Part shown: positions 42,151-54,500 of the stretch, piece after piece
How positions within the stretch are numbered: position 1 is the stretch's first letter
How the letters are laid out: each line of letters starts with the position of its first letter
NCBI GenBank assembly: GCA_037379345.1
Contig: CM074521.1
Span: forward strand, 25,878,704-25,942,703
DNA: 64,000 nt
Source: Perna viridis
Lineage: Eukaryota
Direction: 5' to 3'
Notes under the pieces: model-generated
The model's database searches: none
What the model was told of the DNA's origin: nothing
Seen by the model: only the letters and a program-made list of their open reading frames with translations
Position numbers and translations under genes: made by a program

Positions 42151-45037
42151 CATTGATTATAGAAACTCTTTTTGTATTTTACACAGTTTTTGCCACAATC
42201 ATATATATGCACTTTACGAATTGCTTTAACATCTTTGTCTAGAATAAAACAAGTACTATAAAATAAGATAGCCGACACGTTTTCTTGCTCTGTCAGAAAC
42301 AGTATACACAACAAAGAACATGAAATAACCAAAATGACAAGTACAAAGAGACAAATGCAACAGGACAACTCGGATTAAACTGAATCTATTTGCAATTATA
42401 AACAAAAATCTGAGGCTCTATACTAGTGGGAACAAATGAATAATACCACAGTAGAATTGTTAGGCGGGAGCCGAGGTCTGCTTTATGAGGGAAAGGAAAA
42501 TAAGCCGATCTCATTAGAATCATGATATAACTATTTAGTTGGTAAGAATGATAGATTTGTCATAATAGAAAAGCAAGTGGTACAAATAAGCTCCATAAAA
42601 CAAACTTTAAAACGCCTGGTAGAAGACATCAGGGAATGCTTATTTTTTACCCTTAGTTCAGATCAAGTCACAACCCCCCAAATTAATTCTAGCCTTCCTT
42701 CAGTGGTATGGCACCTTGTACGTGTAGTTCAATCTCAAAGAAATCAATTTAATTGTACCTACTAGTACTTAACTTTTCAGAAATCAGGAAAATGCTTGTT
42801 CCTGGCCCTTTTTGTCCCATCATTCCTTAAGGGATTAATACCAGTCTAACCTTAGTGGAGATGAATTATATGTCTTTTGACTAAATCAACAAAAACACAA
42901 ACAATGACATACAAGTACTTAACAGTATATCTTCGAGTCACCTGTAATTGTGCCTCTCCTAGGAAACCAAATGGTATAGTATGGCTATAAACTGGTAATC
43001 AGTAGAATTTTCGCTGCATGAAAAAGGACTTACATGCACATGGTGTACATTTTTTATAACAAAATGAACTGAGAAATGTAGATTGATACAACTGTATTTT
43101 AAAATCCTAAACAGTTGGGACAAGTATAGAGTATGGATTAATGACAGTGTATCTAAATTCAATTATGACACGTCTTTCAGTTTGGATCAAAATTGCATGT
43201 ACATGTATAAGTTTTAGACAGAATAAATATATGGAAAGTTACTAAAAATTAGAAAATTTAAATTTATATGTCTCCCATTTTAAATCAGTATAATTGAAAA
43301 TGCATGTCACATTGTGACTTTTTAACAACCAGGCAGTGATTAAATACTGCACGAGATTTTCCAACATCTAATATTTTGAGTTTTTCACAGATTTCATGGG
43401 CGAAAGACCCCTTCTACCTACTCTTGCTTTTAACTTCTTGCCATCAGTCTATTTATGCTTGCTATAGCTGGTATGTTGAAAATCTAAATTTTATCATCTC
43501 AAGTAGAGAAATAACTTAAACCCTGCACTACATTATTACGTTTAGATTAAACACTTAATGGAATGCATAAAACATACCCGACTTAAAATAGTAAGAACAG
43601 ATTTTTCTACGTCAAAAAATAAACAGACACTCAGCTTCAGGTATATTGTACATTGTTGTGTATATGTCTGTATATTCATTTTCTAGGGGAGCCATGTCTG
43701 GAAATAAATATCAAAACATTGAAACGGGCAAAGGTGTCAATGAGTAACGGATTTACGGATAGTACTATCTTTTTCAACTTTATTGTTATAGTGTTATTTA
43801 AATAGTATATCGATTCGGATTCCAATACTAAGCCTTGAAAATGATTAATAGATACAACATGTCCAGACTAATAGACCCTTTTGTGCTTATTTTCGTGCAT
43901 GCGCACAACCACTTCCGCGAGGACCAAAACAACAATGGCTACTCGAGAAAAATTGTAGAAATTAACAAAAGTTAATTTAAAAAAGCTTTGTAGTGAAATA
44001 TGTTTGTCAGAATCCGGAAAAAAGAACTTATTTCAGGCATTTTAACTGAACAGGTTAACCCCTTTAACCCCTGTCATCCAATGTAGGTATTTTCGAGCAG
44101 GGATTAGTTTTTGGGGTTGTTATTTGAACTTTTTAGAAACTAAGGGATGGAAACAAGCATTGTCATAATGTCTAGACAATAACTTTATTCTATGAAATTG
44201 TACCATGAAATTCAATACATCCAAATGAAGGCTAGGATTCATTTTATTGGTTGTGATTGGAACCATTTATGAATACATAGCGGCAATTTTTAATAACCCC
44301 TCAAATAAAATTGGGGGCGTATATAGGTTTCACCCTATCAGTGTGTCTATCCGTCTGAACTATTTACTTAGCAACTTGCAGCATTGTTATGAAACTTAGT
44401 GGGATATAATATAATAACAAGGATATGTGCACATTGTCAGGAATTTATAATTTGGCAAAAATTATCAGTCTTTTTCAGCAAAACTTGGTCTCATATATTA
44501 TTTGCATTTCCTTTACAACTTCCAGGATTGTTATGAAACTTTATGGAGTGTTAAATTACCATATTGGATTGTGCATATTATCAGGAATTTATGCTTTAAG
44601 TAATTGACAGTTTTATTCTGTTATTGTGTTGTCAACAACAAAAAGAAAGTACTGATTGTGGATTGGAGTTGGTTATTATAGAAATGGCTGCAAAATTATT
44701 TGTCAAAAGTGCTTATCCCCCATAAAAAATGTGTCCAATATAAATCGTGTGTCCACATTGGTCCTCAAATAGGTTCAACAGAATGCAGGGGTATTAATCC
44801 CATTAAGTGTCTAGATTATTTTATACTGTGTCAAATATTTAATTGGAATCTAAACTTGGAACTGTATCAAGATTAGATGTTGTGTCCATACTTTGCCCAA
44901 CTGTTCATGCTGGGTTTGACCTGGATCTAAGCTGTGTCAAACGTGGCATCTTATTACACAATAGTATACCATGTATAGTATATATTATAACCTACTTATT
45001 ACAGCACTTTTCAATTTCTATAACAACTTTTTTAGGT

Positions 45038-45584
45038 ACTGAAACATTCCAGCTCCCGTGAAATGGGGATTGGAGAGGAAAGATGAGGCACGGGAGGACT
45101 ATTTATCGTTGATGAACAAATTTGGTAAGGTTACTGTGGAACCAGCAGAGCTAACTTTACTTTCATCACACTCATTCCTTGGTTATGCAAGTGATGGGAT
45201 TGTTCGTGACTGCAGTCTTAATGAGTCAGTCCAGAAAGATGATTTGGAGATTAAGTGCCCATTTTCTTTGGACAAATCAAAGACATGACAATAGATGAAA
45301 TATTGAAACTAGGAAGTGAGACATTTTGTTTAACTCATTCAGATTTAGGACCTTCCTCGAGGAAAGAACACAATTACTTTGCCCAAGTTCAAGGAGAGAT
45401 AGCAATAAAAGGACTTTCATGGTGTAATTTTGTTGTTTGGACGGCATCAAAAGAGAACAACATATTCATAGAAAGAATTCATTTTGATAAAGAATATGTT
45501 TTAATGGTGATGCCAAAATTAGTTGAATTTTACACATCTTTCGTCGTTCCAAATTGGTTCCAAATATGCACCATCATAAAATAA
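45038..45584 (+). pseudogene. YqaJ/lambda-exonuclease-like ORF of the ISL2EU element (frameshifted, 5' part missing)
   Basis: FLGYASDGIV...LEIKCPFS / HNYFAQVQGEIAIKGLSWCNFVVWT. Confidence 0.85.
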
Positions 45585-45868
45585 ATTTAAAATAACTGAT
45601 ATATTTCCACAAGAGAAATTATAACAAACAATGACAAATGAATGCTCAAACTTTGCAGTGAATCAAAATTAAAATGAAGTAGAATTACATCCAATGAAAC
45701 ATTGTAACAACACCATAGCACTATTTTTCATAACATGTAATTCTCCTATATTTACAGTGCACAATGTTTCAAATTTTTAACAGGTTACATAAAACAACAG
45801 GCTTGGGCCAGCTTCTTAGTTTATAAATAAAATCTACAATACAAAAACATTTTAAAAAAAAACTTCTC

Positions 45869-48800
45869 CATTGCACCAAACGAACATCAAAGTTTGTAAG
45901 CCAACAAATAACCTGAAAAATCTTAGTAGATAATGACGCAATTGGCAAAGGAAATATACCATCTAGTATGTGATAATTCTTAACTCTACCTATACTTCTT
46001 TCTACATGTATTCTTAATTCTGCTATTTCTTGAGTTTCAAAGACCTCTGTAGTGGAAAATTGTGCAGAAGCACCTCGAAAATAAGGAGTATTCAACGTAC
46101 ACTTTTGTTTTTCTAACAAATCTTTGATAGTAAATCCCTTATCAGCCATAACACTATCACCTTCCTGCAACAATTCTAAAACACCTGATTCCATAGTGAT
46201 CTACCAATCAGATACCTTACCTCCCATCCTTCTGATACAAAAGAAATAACCCCTGGTGGAGTAATTCCAACCAAAAATTTAAAAGTATTATGGTGCTTGT
46301 ATGCAGAAAAAGTATTATACTGATTAATAATGCTGTTTGCTCTCTGCACAAAAATTTCTGTACAGTCTAATATAATTCTAGTAGAAGGATATTTGTTCCT
46401 AAAACTGTTAGGCATGTTTCTATCAATAATTTCTCTAGTAGGAAATGGATTTAAAATTTTCAGTTCATAATGCAGGAGACAAATCCAGGTTGAAAAATAT
46501 CTAGAAAAAGTGCCTGCTGAAATATTAAACCTGTCAGCTATATCTTGAACAAAAAGACCTAATTGAAGTCATCACTACAAAAGTTTTATGGTCGTCATCA
46601 TAAACTCGTGGATCGTTATGGTGTATCCATCTGCACCATGAAAACTGATTTATTCAACGGGTCATGGTTTTCCTTTCCTCGTTTGTCTACCCGGACTTGA
46701 CTTTTTATGAGCAACTCGGCGGGTGTTTCTAGAAAAGCAGAGGACGCTTACCCTACCAGTGCACCTGGTCCATGCTCCCAGTTTTTAGTGGAGTCCGAGT
46801 TGCTCATTTACTTTTGTTACTTTGTATTTATGATTTTAGTTACTTTATGTTCTTTGTTGTGTATGTCTGTTTTCCATGTCTGGTCTTTGTCCCTGGATTA
46901 CATTCTTTTGATTACCGCTATAACCTTGGTTCCCTTGATTACTCTTTAAACGATTAAACGAATCAAAACAGCAAACAACTGGTTCATAAGATCTAAGGAA
47001 CCTTCACTTCGTCTTAACCTGTCCTATTGAGGAGTTCTTGCACCTGTCCAGTAGGTCATTATAGTAGTCTTTGGTAATAGATATCTGAAATAATATGTAA
47101 ATAAACACTACTAAGATTGAATAATATTAGTTCAAACTTTTTTGAGATACAAATTACACAAAGTAGGTATACCTTTATTGTGATGTACAGACAGATGGCG
47201 TTGAGCAACTACTAGACTTATTTTAAACTTTTGTGATTTTGGTAAAAAAACAAATTTAAAAATAGGACGTTAATGAACATTAAATGATACTATGCCATGT
47301 AATGGTTATAAAAGGGGATGGCAAAGTGTTCAAAATGGCCTTACTGAAAGTTCATTAATCAGTTTTCAAGTTATCACCTGGAAACCCTTAAGCACTGACA
47401 GACAAAACTTTTCGCAGGGTTTCGATAGGGTATTAAAATTATGGTACATGTATTGTAAATGCTTTAGGCAACTTTACAACATTTCAAAATAACCACATTT
47501 TTTGTCCATACAATAACTTATTATAATAAAACGATCACAAGGTGCCCATGTTTGAATGTTTATTTTTGTCCTTGGTTCAGAGTTTGACCAAGCTGCAAAG
47601 CCTTGGCATGTAGTGGAAAACAGTTGAAAAAAACAATCTTTCTTTTCGAATTATTTAGAACAAAAAGCTTCAGTTCAATTACAAATTAGAAAAGTAAATG
47701 TCCTCTTTGTTAAATTTTTGCTAAAAATACTATTTTTACTCAACCTTGAAGCACACAAATAATAAATATTTTAATCTGTAATTTTAACAAGCTATGTAGG
47801 CTATGAAATATATTCATTAACAAGTTACTTAGAGCTATGAAAAATATATATTATTTTGCCTATATTATCATTACAGCCTTTTATGTTATACATTGTATAC
47901 AGCTGTAGTAATCAAGATTGTAATGCTTTTTAGACAGCTCCTGTTGTAATTAAATAAATCTTACTTTCCCTGACTCATGCTTTTATCAACAAGATCCAGT
48001 TTGACTGTTACATCAAATCAGTCAAGAATCAACAGCAACTCTGACTTCCATTATTTAAGTAGCAGTCTTTATAAAAATCAGACAGGAGGTGATTCACGTA
48101 CATGTATGTCAAAATGTCATCGAATGCACTTTTTGTTTTTAATATTCAGACCACATAAGCTACAGTCTTAAAATTCCCAACGATGTAAGAACTGTCAAAT
48201 TTGCGAAGCAAAATTTTGGTTGTCCCTCCTTCTGAGACGTTTGTATATATATAACAAGAATAGGTATGATGTATAGGTCAAAGAGACAACCTGGTGCGGT
48301 TTTATTTATATATGTATGAAATTGGCCCTTTGTCAAAGTTATCATTCTTAATTTCGATTGATTTAGTTAAATCTAATGGAAGATGAATGTATGGTTTCCG
48401 AAAAGTACAGATCTAATTTACAAAAGCAACTACCATTAAGTAAAAATATAGGATATATGTAGACTGAAAAACTAATGTTAGTGCAGTGGTTTACAACGAA
48501 AATATCTTCCACCATAAGCAGAGTCTTAATTTTCTACTGAAAGGCCCTTAAATAAAACAAAAACACTTAACATTATACATACTGATAGAGCCACAGGAAA
48601 ACAGCAAAAGATGGTAGTCCAGTATAAGACTTGGTGTTAACATCACTATCTTTAATTTTGTCAGCACTCCATGTGGCCTGTTTTATGTCCTCCTTTACCC
48701 GTTTAAATTCTGCTCTTAGCTCTTCATTTTTCTTAAGAAGCGCATCTTCATCAGTCTGCATACCTGTAAGAAATTTGTCAACATCAATCCCTTCAAAACA

Positions 48801-49182
48801 TATTTCTAAACAGTCATGATGCAATGTTTGAATCAAAATTTTAAAGCAATTGAGTTCCGCCGACCATCACAACATCACAAATCAATAACTTTGTCATAAG
48901 TGAAAGTAGGTCATGGAAAAATTTATTTCACATCAGAAAAACATGTTAAATAACGGAAATTGTTGTTTAATTTTGAATATTTATGCTGTTTATGACTCGT
49001 TTAAAAGTAAAAGTTACCATTTACAATATTTCGTCAAATAATGTCCATCTCTCAGAACTACTATGCGGGTTTTCAATGTTAACTATTTGCTTGATAAACA
49101 CAATATAAGTGTATTGCAGAAAAATATAGAAAGTTTTTGTATTCGGCTCGGAAGGGGAGTAACTGCTCGGCAATTAATACAC

Positions 49183-49219
<37 letters not shown>

Positions 49220-51183
49220 GTTTTTTTTTAAATAAATATACAATACCCTGATATTGAATTGCAATAAATGATTTCTGTAATAAATAAGTACAAATTTGTT
49301 TAATTATAATTTAACCCTATTGTGCCACTCAAAACAAGCTCATGTTTAAAATGGTGTTTGAAGACGACTATCACAGCTGAGAAAGACTCATGATTTAATG
49401 AAAGAGAAAGTCCTGTGAAAATCATTGAGTCTTGCAAAAATAAGTACAAACCATACCAGACACTTTTGACTGCTAGAATGACATCAATTCTAGGTAACAT
49501 GTCCTTTTTACAACATGATTTTCAAAATTACCTTGAAAGTTTCAAAAGAGACATTTTACAAAAGTAGAGTTAAATTGATTCAATCACCCAAGTTAAATTT
49601 TCTCCATCTTCCTATTTTAAAAAGTGGAAAGTTTCCAATCCATCTAAATCAGTTAACTCTAAGGTGGAATAACTCTTTAAAAATATTTTTAATAATATAC
49701 TTTGGTCCTTAAGAACTTAGAGTTCAGTGTCATTGTTTTTGGCAATGACAGTGATGTCATCGTTCTCCAATCCCAAAACTGTTGAATCAATGCCATCAAT
49801 GTGCATGTAATTATGGGCTGTTCTAGAACATATGACAATGAATTTCTTTTGTTCTTTTCTTCTCAATTTTATCCTTAAATGAAAATACTAAAAATATTCA
49901 AAATTGTACAATGACTTTTAGTGGAAGCAATGTTTTTAATCTTCATCTAGCTAATTTTACCTTCTATAACTGGAAAGTCATAAATAAAATAGAAAGCAAA
50001 AACATCCTGGGATATAAGACAATGTTCAGAATTAGTTAGATGTGTTGTCCTCATATTTCTGAAATCATTTATTTATTATTAAATTGACTAAAACTAGTTA
50101 TGAATTGACACTTAGGTAAATATTTTTAAGCAAATCTTTTGAGTTCTTTATGACAAAATTACCAAATAAGATACATGTACCTCCTCCTCTGAAGAGATGA
50201 AATTTTCTAGAATATTACCTTTTCAAACTTTTGTAAGATTATTGTGAGTAAAAAAAATCATATGAGTACCACAAATGGGGTTTACTTCCAATGTCAGGAC
50301 TTTTCCCAACCTGTTAGAAATTGAACTTAATACCAGGAAATACATTAAAAAGATAAATATAAAATTGTGTCACTTACTGTCACATATTTCAAACATAAGA
50401 CCTTTTATGAACTTTCATTCCACAGTTATGTAAACAAACCACTACATGTAAAGTACAGAAGATTAAAGAAATTGTAAATCTTGATATTATGGTCACTTAC
50501 CTTCTAATTCTACTTACCAAGCATTAATTCACACTAAAATGGTACCTTGATTGGCATCATGAACATAACAGGAGGTGATGAAAATGAAAATGCCGTAAAT
50601 GATCAACATAAAGTTTGCTTGAATCAAACCCAAGTCAAACATGAACATTTTTCAGTTACAACAAATCAAAGTAACAGAACACCAGTGATCAATTTCCACA
50701 AAACTAAATAGTTTGTGTAGGTTCATTAAATATTTCAGATCCTAAAGTACAATATATAGATGTGCATTAACCAAAAACCTGGTGTAACAATAGATTTTCA
50801 TTAAATGAAATGTAACTTTGAGGCATAACGATGAACAACTGAAGTTCGCTGTTTTTTTTCTCATTCTTACCTTGAACAGTGCCCTCTTACACATTCTAGT
50901 TTCTCTTGCAAAATCAGACGCTGTGGCCTGTTTCTCCTTGTAGGCAACGACGGTAGGCGTGTAGTTAGGATCTCCAGGTTCATCTCCATGCCAGTTGTCA
51001 ATGAAATGGGCTGAGAAGATGTAACTGGCCTCTGTTGGTGTCCAGTCTGCTCTGTTCAGCGCCTTAATCCACGCTCTTCTTTTCCTCTGGTCTTTAGAGA
51101 AACGGAAAAAAGGATATTCCTTTCTCTTTAGATTCAGAAGTCTGCGTATTAGGGCATTTATACACGCTGCAGGTTCTCACCAT
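45869..51183 (-). pseudogene. Spliced THAP + HTH + DDE_Tnp_4 transposase
   Basis: THAP exon 51183-~50871 (MVRTCSVYKC..W....R.DW.P...IFSAHF...PT, frameshifted). Exon ~48836-48578 (SYTGLPSF). Then LFAVLIRL-KLGL..DIADRF; IILDCTE; YKHHNTFK; VMADKGF; RIHVERSIGRVK. Confidence 0.88.
46562..46950 (+). mobile_element. Naiad-type Penelope-like 3' fragment inserted in the transposase
   Basis: Splits the LIRL|KLGL codons. Near-identical to the reverse complement of 55994-56375. Confidence 0.85.
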
Positions 51184-51482
51184 GGTTGTCGATGTGACTT
51201 GCTTGTCCTCACGGAAATGGTTATGCGCATGCACCTAAAATATTCAAAGTTAGCACAAAGCGGTCCATTGTATACTTTAATTTACTTTAAATAAGATTTT
51301 ATCTTAAGACTTTCAACTATATGCTTTAGTAACGGACTACTAAACAATTAACAACGATCGACTATTATAAACTATCGTGAATAGCTCTCGCCATTAGTGG
51401 CTGGATCGCTTGTGATTTAGGTCAATGTCAATGCCAAATCCGAATAAATCATATTTAAATGATTCGTCCGGAAATCCTAATG

Positions 51483-51488
51483 TATAAA
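51483..51488 (+). promoter_or_regulatory. Candidate TATA box of the HEPN-TM-PGRP gene
   Basis: TATAAA about 65 nt upstream of ATG 51550; positional evidence only. Confidence 0.3.
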
Positions 51489-51549
51489 GTGCGCACATCA
51501 ATATAGTTAACCATTTTCAACTTTGGTTTCTCTTTCAAGGAGATTAGAC

Positions 51550-54500
51550 ATGGCAGAATTAAAATTTGATGATATAAAAAAACAGAATTTAATAGCAGTT
51601 TTGTTTGCTCTGGAATGTATTACCGATGTTGTTTATAAATTCTCAGAAGACGAATTCAAAAAACTTCAAGAAAAGATCTTACATTATTTCCAAATCAACA
51701 ACAACACACCGTGCAGTGTTTCATGTAGCTTGAAATACCCGAAGTCCACGAAAAACTGGTGCACAACTTGTAAGGATTGGAAAAATTTAATATTGGACTA
51801 CCATATATGTGGACCAGCCATTGGTGATAAAAGGATTGACTGGACAAAAATAGACTCTTCGAAATGGCCAACTGATCAGACGGAGATTGCGAAATGTTTT
51901 AGTCCACCTTTAGGCAGGGGTGTTGGCCAAAACCATATCGAAGATGACCTATCGGTAATCATCGGAAGAATTATTAACTGTAGAGAGTTACGAAATCTCT
52001 TTCATAACAATCCCCCTTTGACATCCTCAGTTGATCCCGATGAAATACGGATAATAAGGAACAATATACACCATGGTCCAAATGAGTTATCGACCGACGT
52101 TAAAAACGACCATTTTAAAAAGCTAATGGCTTTTATTCAAATGCCATGTCTATGGGTCTATCAGGAAGCAAGAGATGCTTTTAATAAAATTCAAATTTTT
52201 AAAATGAAAAACTATCAAGATATCATTAAAGAAAAAGTTATTGACGAACACGAAATGAGGAAAATGGAAAATAGAATAACACAAAACTGGACAAAATGCT
52301 ACAATATATCGATTGTATCTATTGCTCTGGTGATTATTTTGGTATTACTTCCTCTAGTTATAATGCTGATTCAGCAAGTGTTCGATTTACTGTACTATGC
52401 CACTGAAAGGTTTAAATACGGTCATGAACGAGGCGCAGTTGCGAACAAATTGGTCGACAGCAGGGAAAACAATAGCAACATTTCTACAGTGTCACTACTG
52501 GTCTTGGTTATTCTGTTGTTAGTACCACTTGTAATTCTAAGCCTTAGGGAGCTCAAGAAAACTCGATATTATGTATATGTCGAGATCTTCTTTGAAAGAC
52601 TGTTCATGAAGTCTGCGTGGCGCGGTAAGTAGTAAAAAAATAAACATTAATACATGCATTTGTGTATTTTTAGCATACCCACAATGTTTGGGGGTATAAA
52701 GGAATGACCCTGACTGTCTATTCGTCTGTCCACATTTCTTGAGTGTGCAACGACACCTAAACTCAAGGAATTTTGATGAAAATATAGAGGAAGAGGAAGG
52801 TTGCACATGAATATCTTTTAGATGTGAATGAAGAATTCAAAGTGAGATAAGCGTAATTAAATTCGATATTCTCTTCGTGAGCCTTGTCGCCGTATTTATA
52901 GTTATAATATATTTTTCAAAAGTTTTTTTTTTCATCAATATTTCACTAATTCTTTTCTGTAACTAAATAAATATAATCGATATGGTTCCGTTATATATGT
53001 AGATGGCATTTAAAAGAAATTAAAATTTCCGGAAAATGTTTATTTTCAAGTACCATATGATCCTCCTCTCGTTGTTTAGAATAAGTATAAAATTGAGATG
53101 AAGACATAAAAGGTTTATTTTTCAGATAAGTTGCATTTTATTGAATTCTTGTATGCTTGCATAAGGTGTTGTAGTAAAAAAATAAACAGATATGTCTATA
53201 TGAATGGAATGCCTACCTGCTTATTTTTTACATATTTTCAGGAAAACAAATTAAAGGTGTTATGTTTGTCAAAAGAGAAGAGTGGGGGGCGGAGAAACCA
53301 AAACCACCAGAGCAAATGCCAAGTCCAGTTGGAAACGTCTTTGTACACCACACAGGTGGACCATTCTATGAGGACGAGGAAGGATGTAGTCAGAGGGTCA
53401 AGTATATTCAATACACGCACATGGAAGGCAATAGTAAGTTTTCTCAACACTAGATAGAGATGTTGTAATGGTAATGGACGGCTTGCAAATAGCATTGTTT
53501 TCAGAAACAAGGAAAGGGGATGCCGACTTTCCTTAAAGGGGCTCCAGTGATTTCCAGTGACTTTCTATATAATTAATCGACCAAAATTTTCCGGGAGGGA
53601 AATGGGTTTTAAATCATCTTCCTCCTTCAACGACCAAACCGTGTTATCAATTTCTTCACAATCACTTCTCTCGTTTGAGAGAAACTTAATTTATGGATTA
53701 GAATAGTCTAGTATGTGTCGGTGAAACACAAGAACGATTAAACAAAAGAATGTGCGGTCATCGTTCGGGAATTAATACCAAATTCTATCTTAGGGAAAGA
53801 GAGGAGTACTGGATACGCAGACTAGGTACTGCAATACCTTACGGATGCAATGAGAACATCAAAAGTATAGGAAACTTTCAAGCCAATATAACAATAGCAT
53901 AAATGTGATGAATTTATTTGACAAAAATCCAAGACGGGAAAGGAGTCATGGCCATCGCCACTATACGTCATCTAAGTTGCATAATGTCTCCATAGATGGT
54001 CTCCTTCCTTTCTTATAAAAAACCTCTTGGACTTCATCACATTAGAATCAAACTCTATTCTATACCTCTTACTCTACTACACTCCCTTTACAAAACAGGT
54101 CTTGATACTCCTGTTTCTGAACCTATCTCATCATTATACAGACTTGTTGCCTTCATTTTGGATATTGGTTTCCACAGACTCTTTAAACTAGTTTGTGTGA
54201 AAAGTCAAGATGAAGAAAAACGATCATTTCTTTCACTACCGTTTCTCAAAAAACGTATAGATGCAATTAATTTGGCTAACATCCTCCATCACAAAAACGT
54301 TACCAACAAAATTCCACCATATTTCAAAGACAAATCCATACCAATTATTTCATATTCCTATACTTTACCTATTGGATCCAAAATTTTCAATTGTAAAAGG
54401 TTATTGCAGAACCTCGAGATTGAGGACTTCAAGGCTAAACCACCTGGCTATTCTTGCAAAAACTCTCCATTCAAATATGGTCCTTCCGGTCACGTCGTTA

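Larger units (their letters stand above)
43873..51266 (-). mobile_element. ISL2EU-type (PIF/Harbinger-related) DNA transposon, defective
   Basis: Imperfect TIRs: AGACCCTTTTGTGCT..GTGCATGCGCACAACCACTTCCGCGAGGAC versus the reverse complement GGACCGCTTTGTGCT..GTGCATGCGCATAACCATTTCCGTGAGGAC. AT flanks both ends (43871-72, 51267-68). Contains a THAP-DDE transposase and a convergent YqaJ gene. Confidence 0.85.

Noticed and set aside
46707-46807. SECIS element in the Naiad tail (starts ATGA)
   Set aside because: ATGA is Watson-Crick paired with TCAT rather than forming the non-canonical quartet, and the AA spacing does not fit.
46707-46957. Recurrent hydrophobic ORFs (ESELLI..CYFV..ILVTLCSLL..) at 40893, 46707, 55629 and 55792
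   Set aside because: Translations of the non-coding tail of a repeated retroelement.
51523-52632. Single-exon 369-aa membrane protein separate from the PGRP
   Set aside because: The ORF end overlaps a canonical G|gtaagt donor whose phase matches the next PGRP exon, and that exon has a strong acceptor and no signal peptide of its own.
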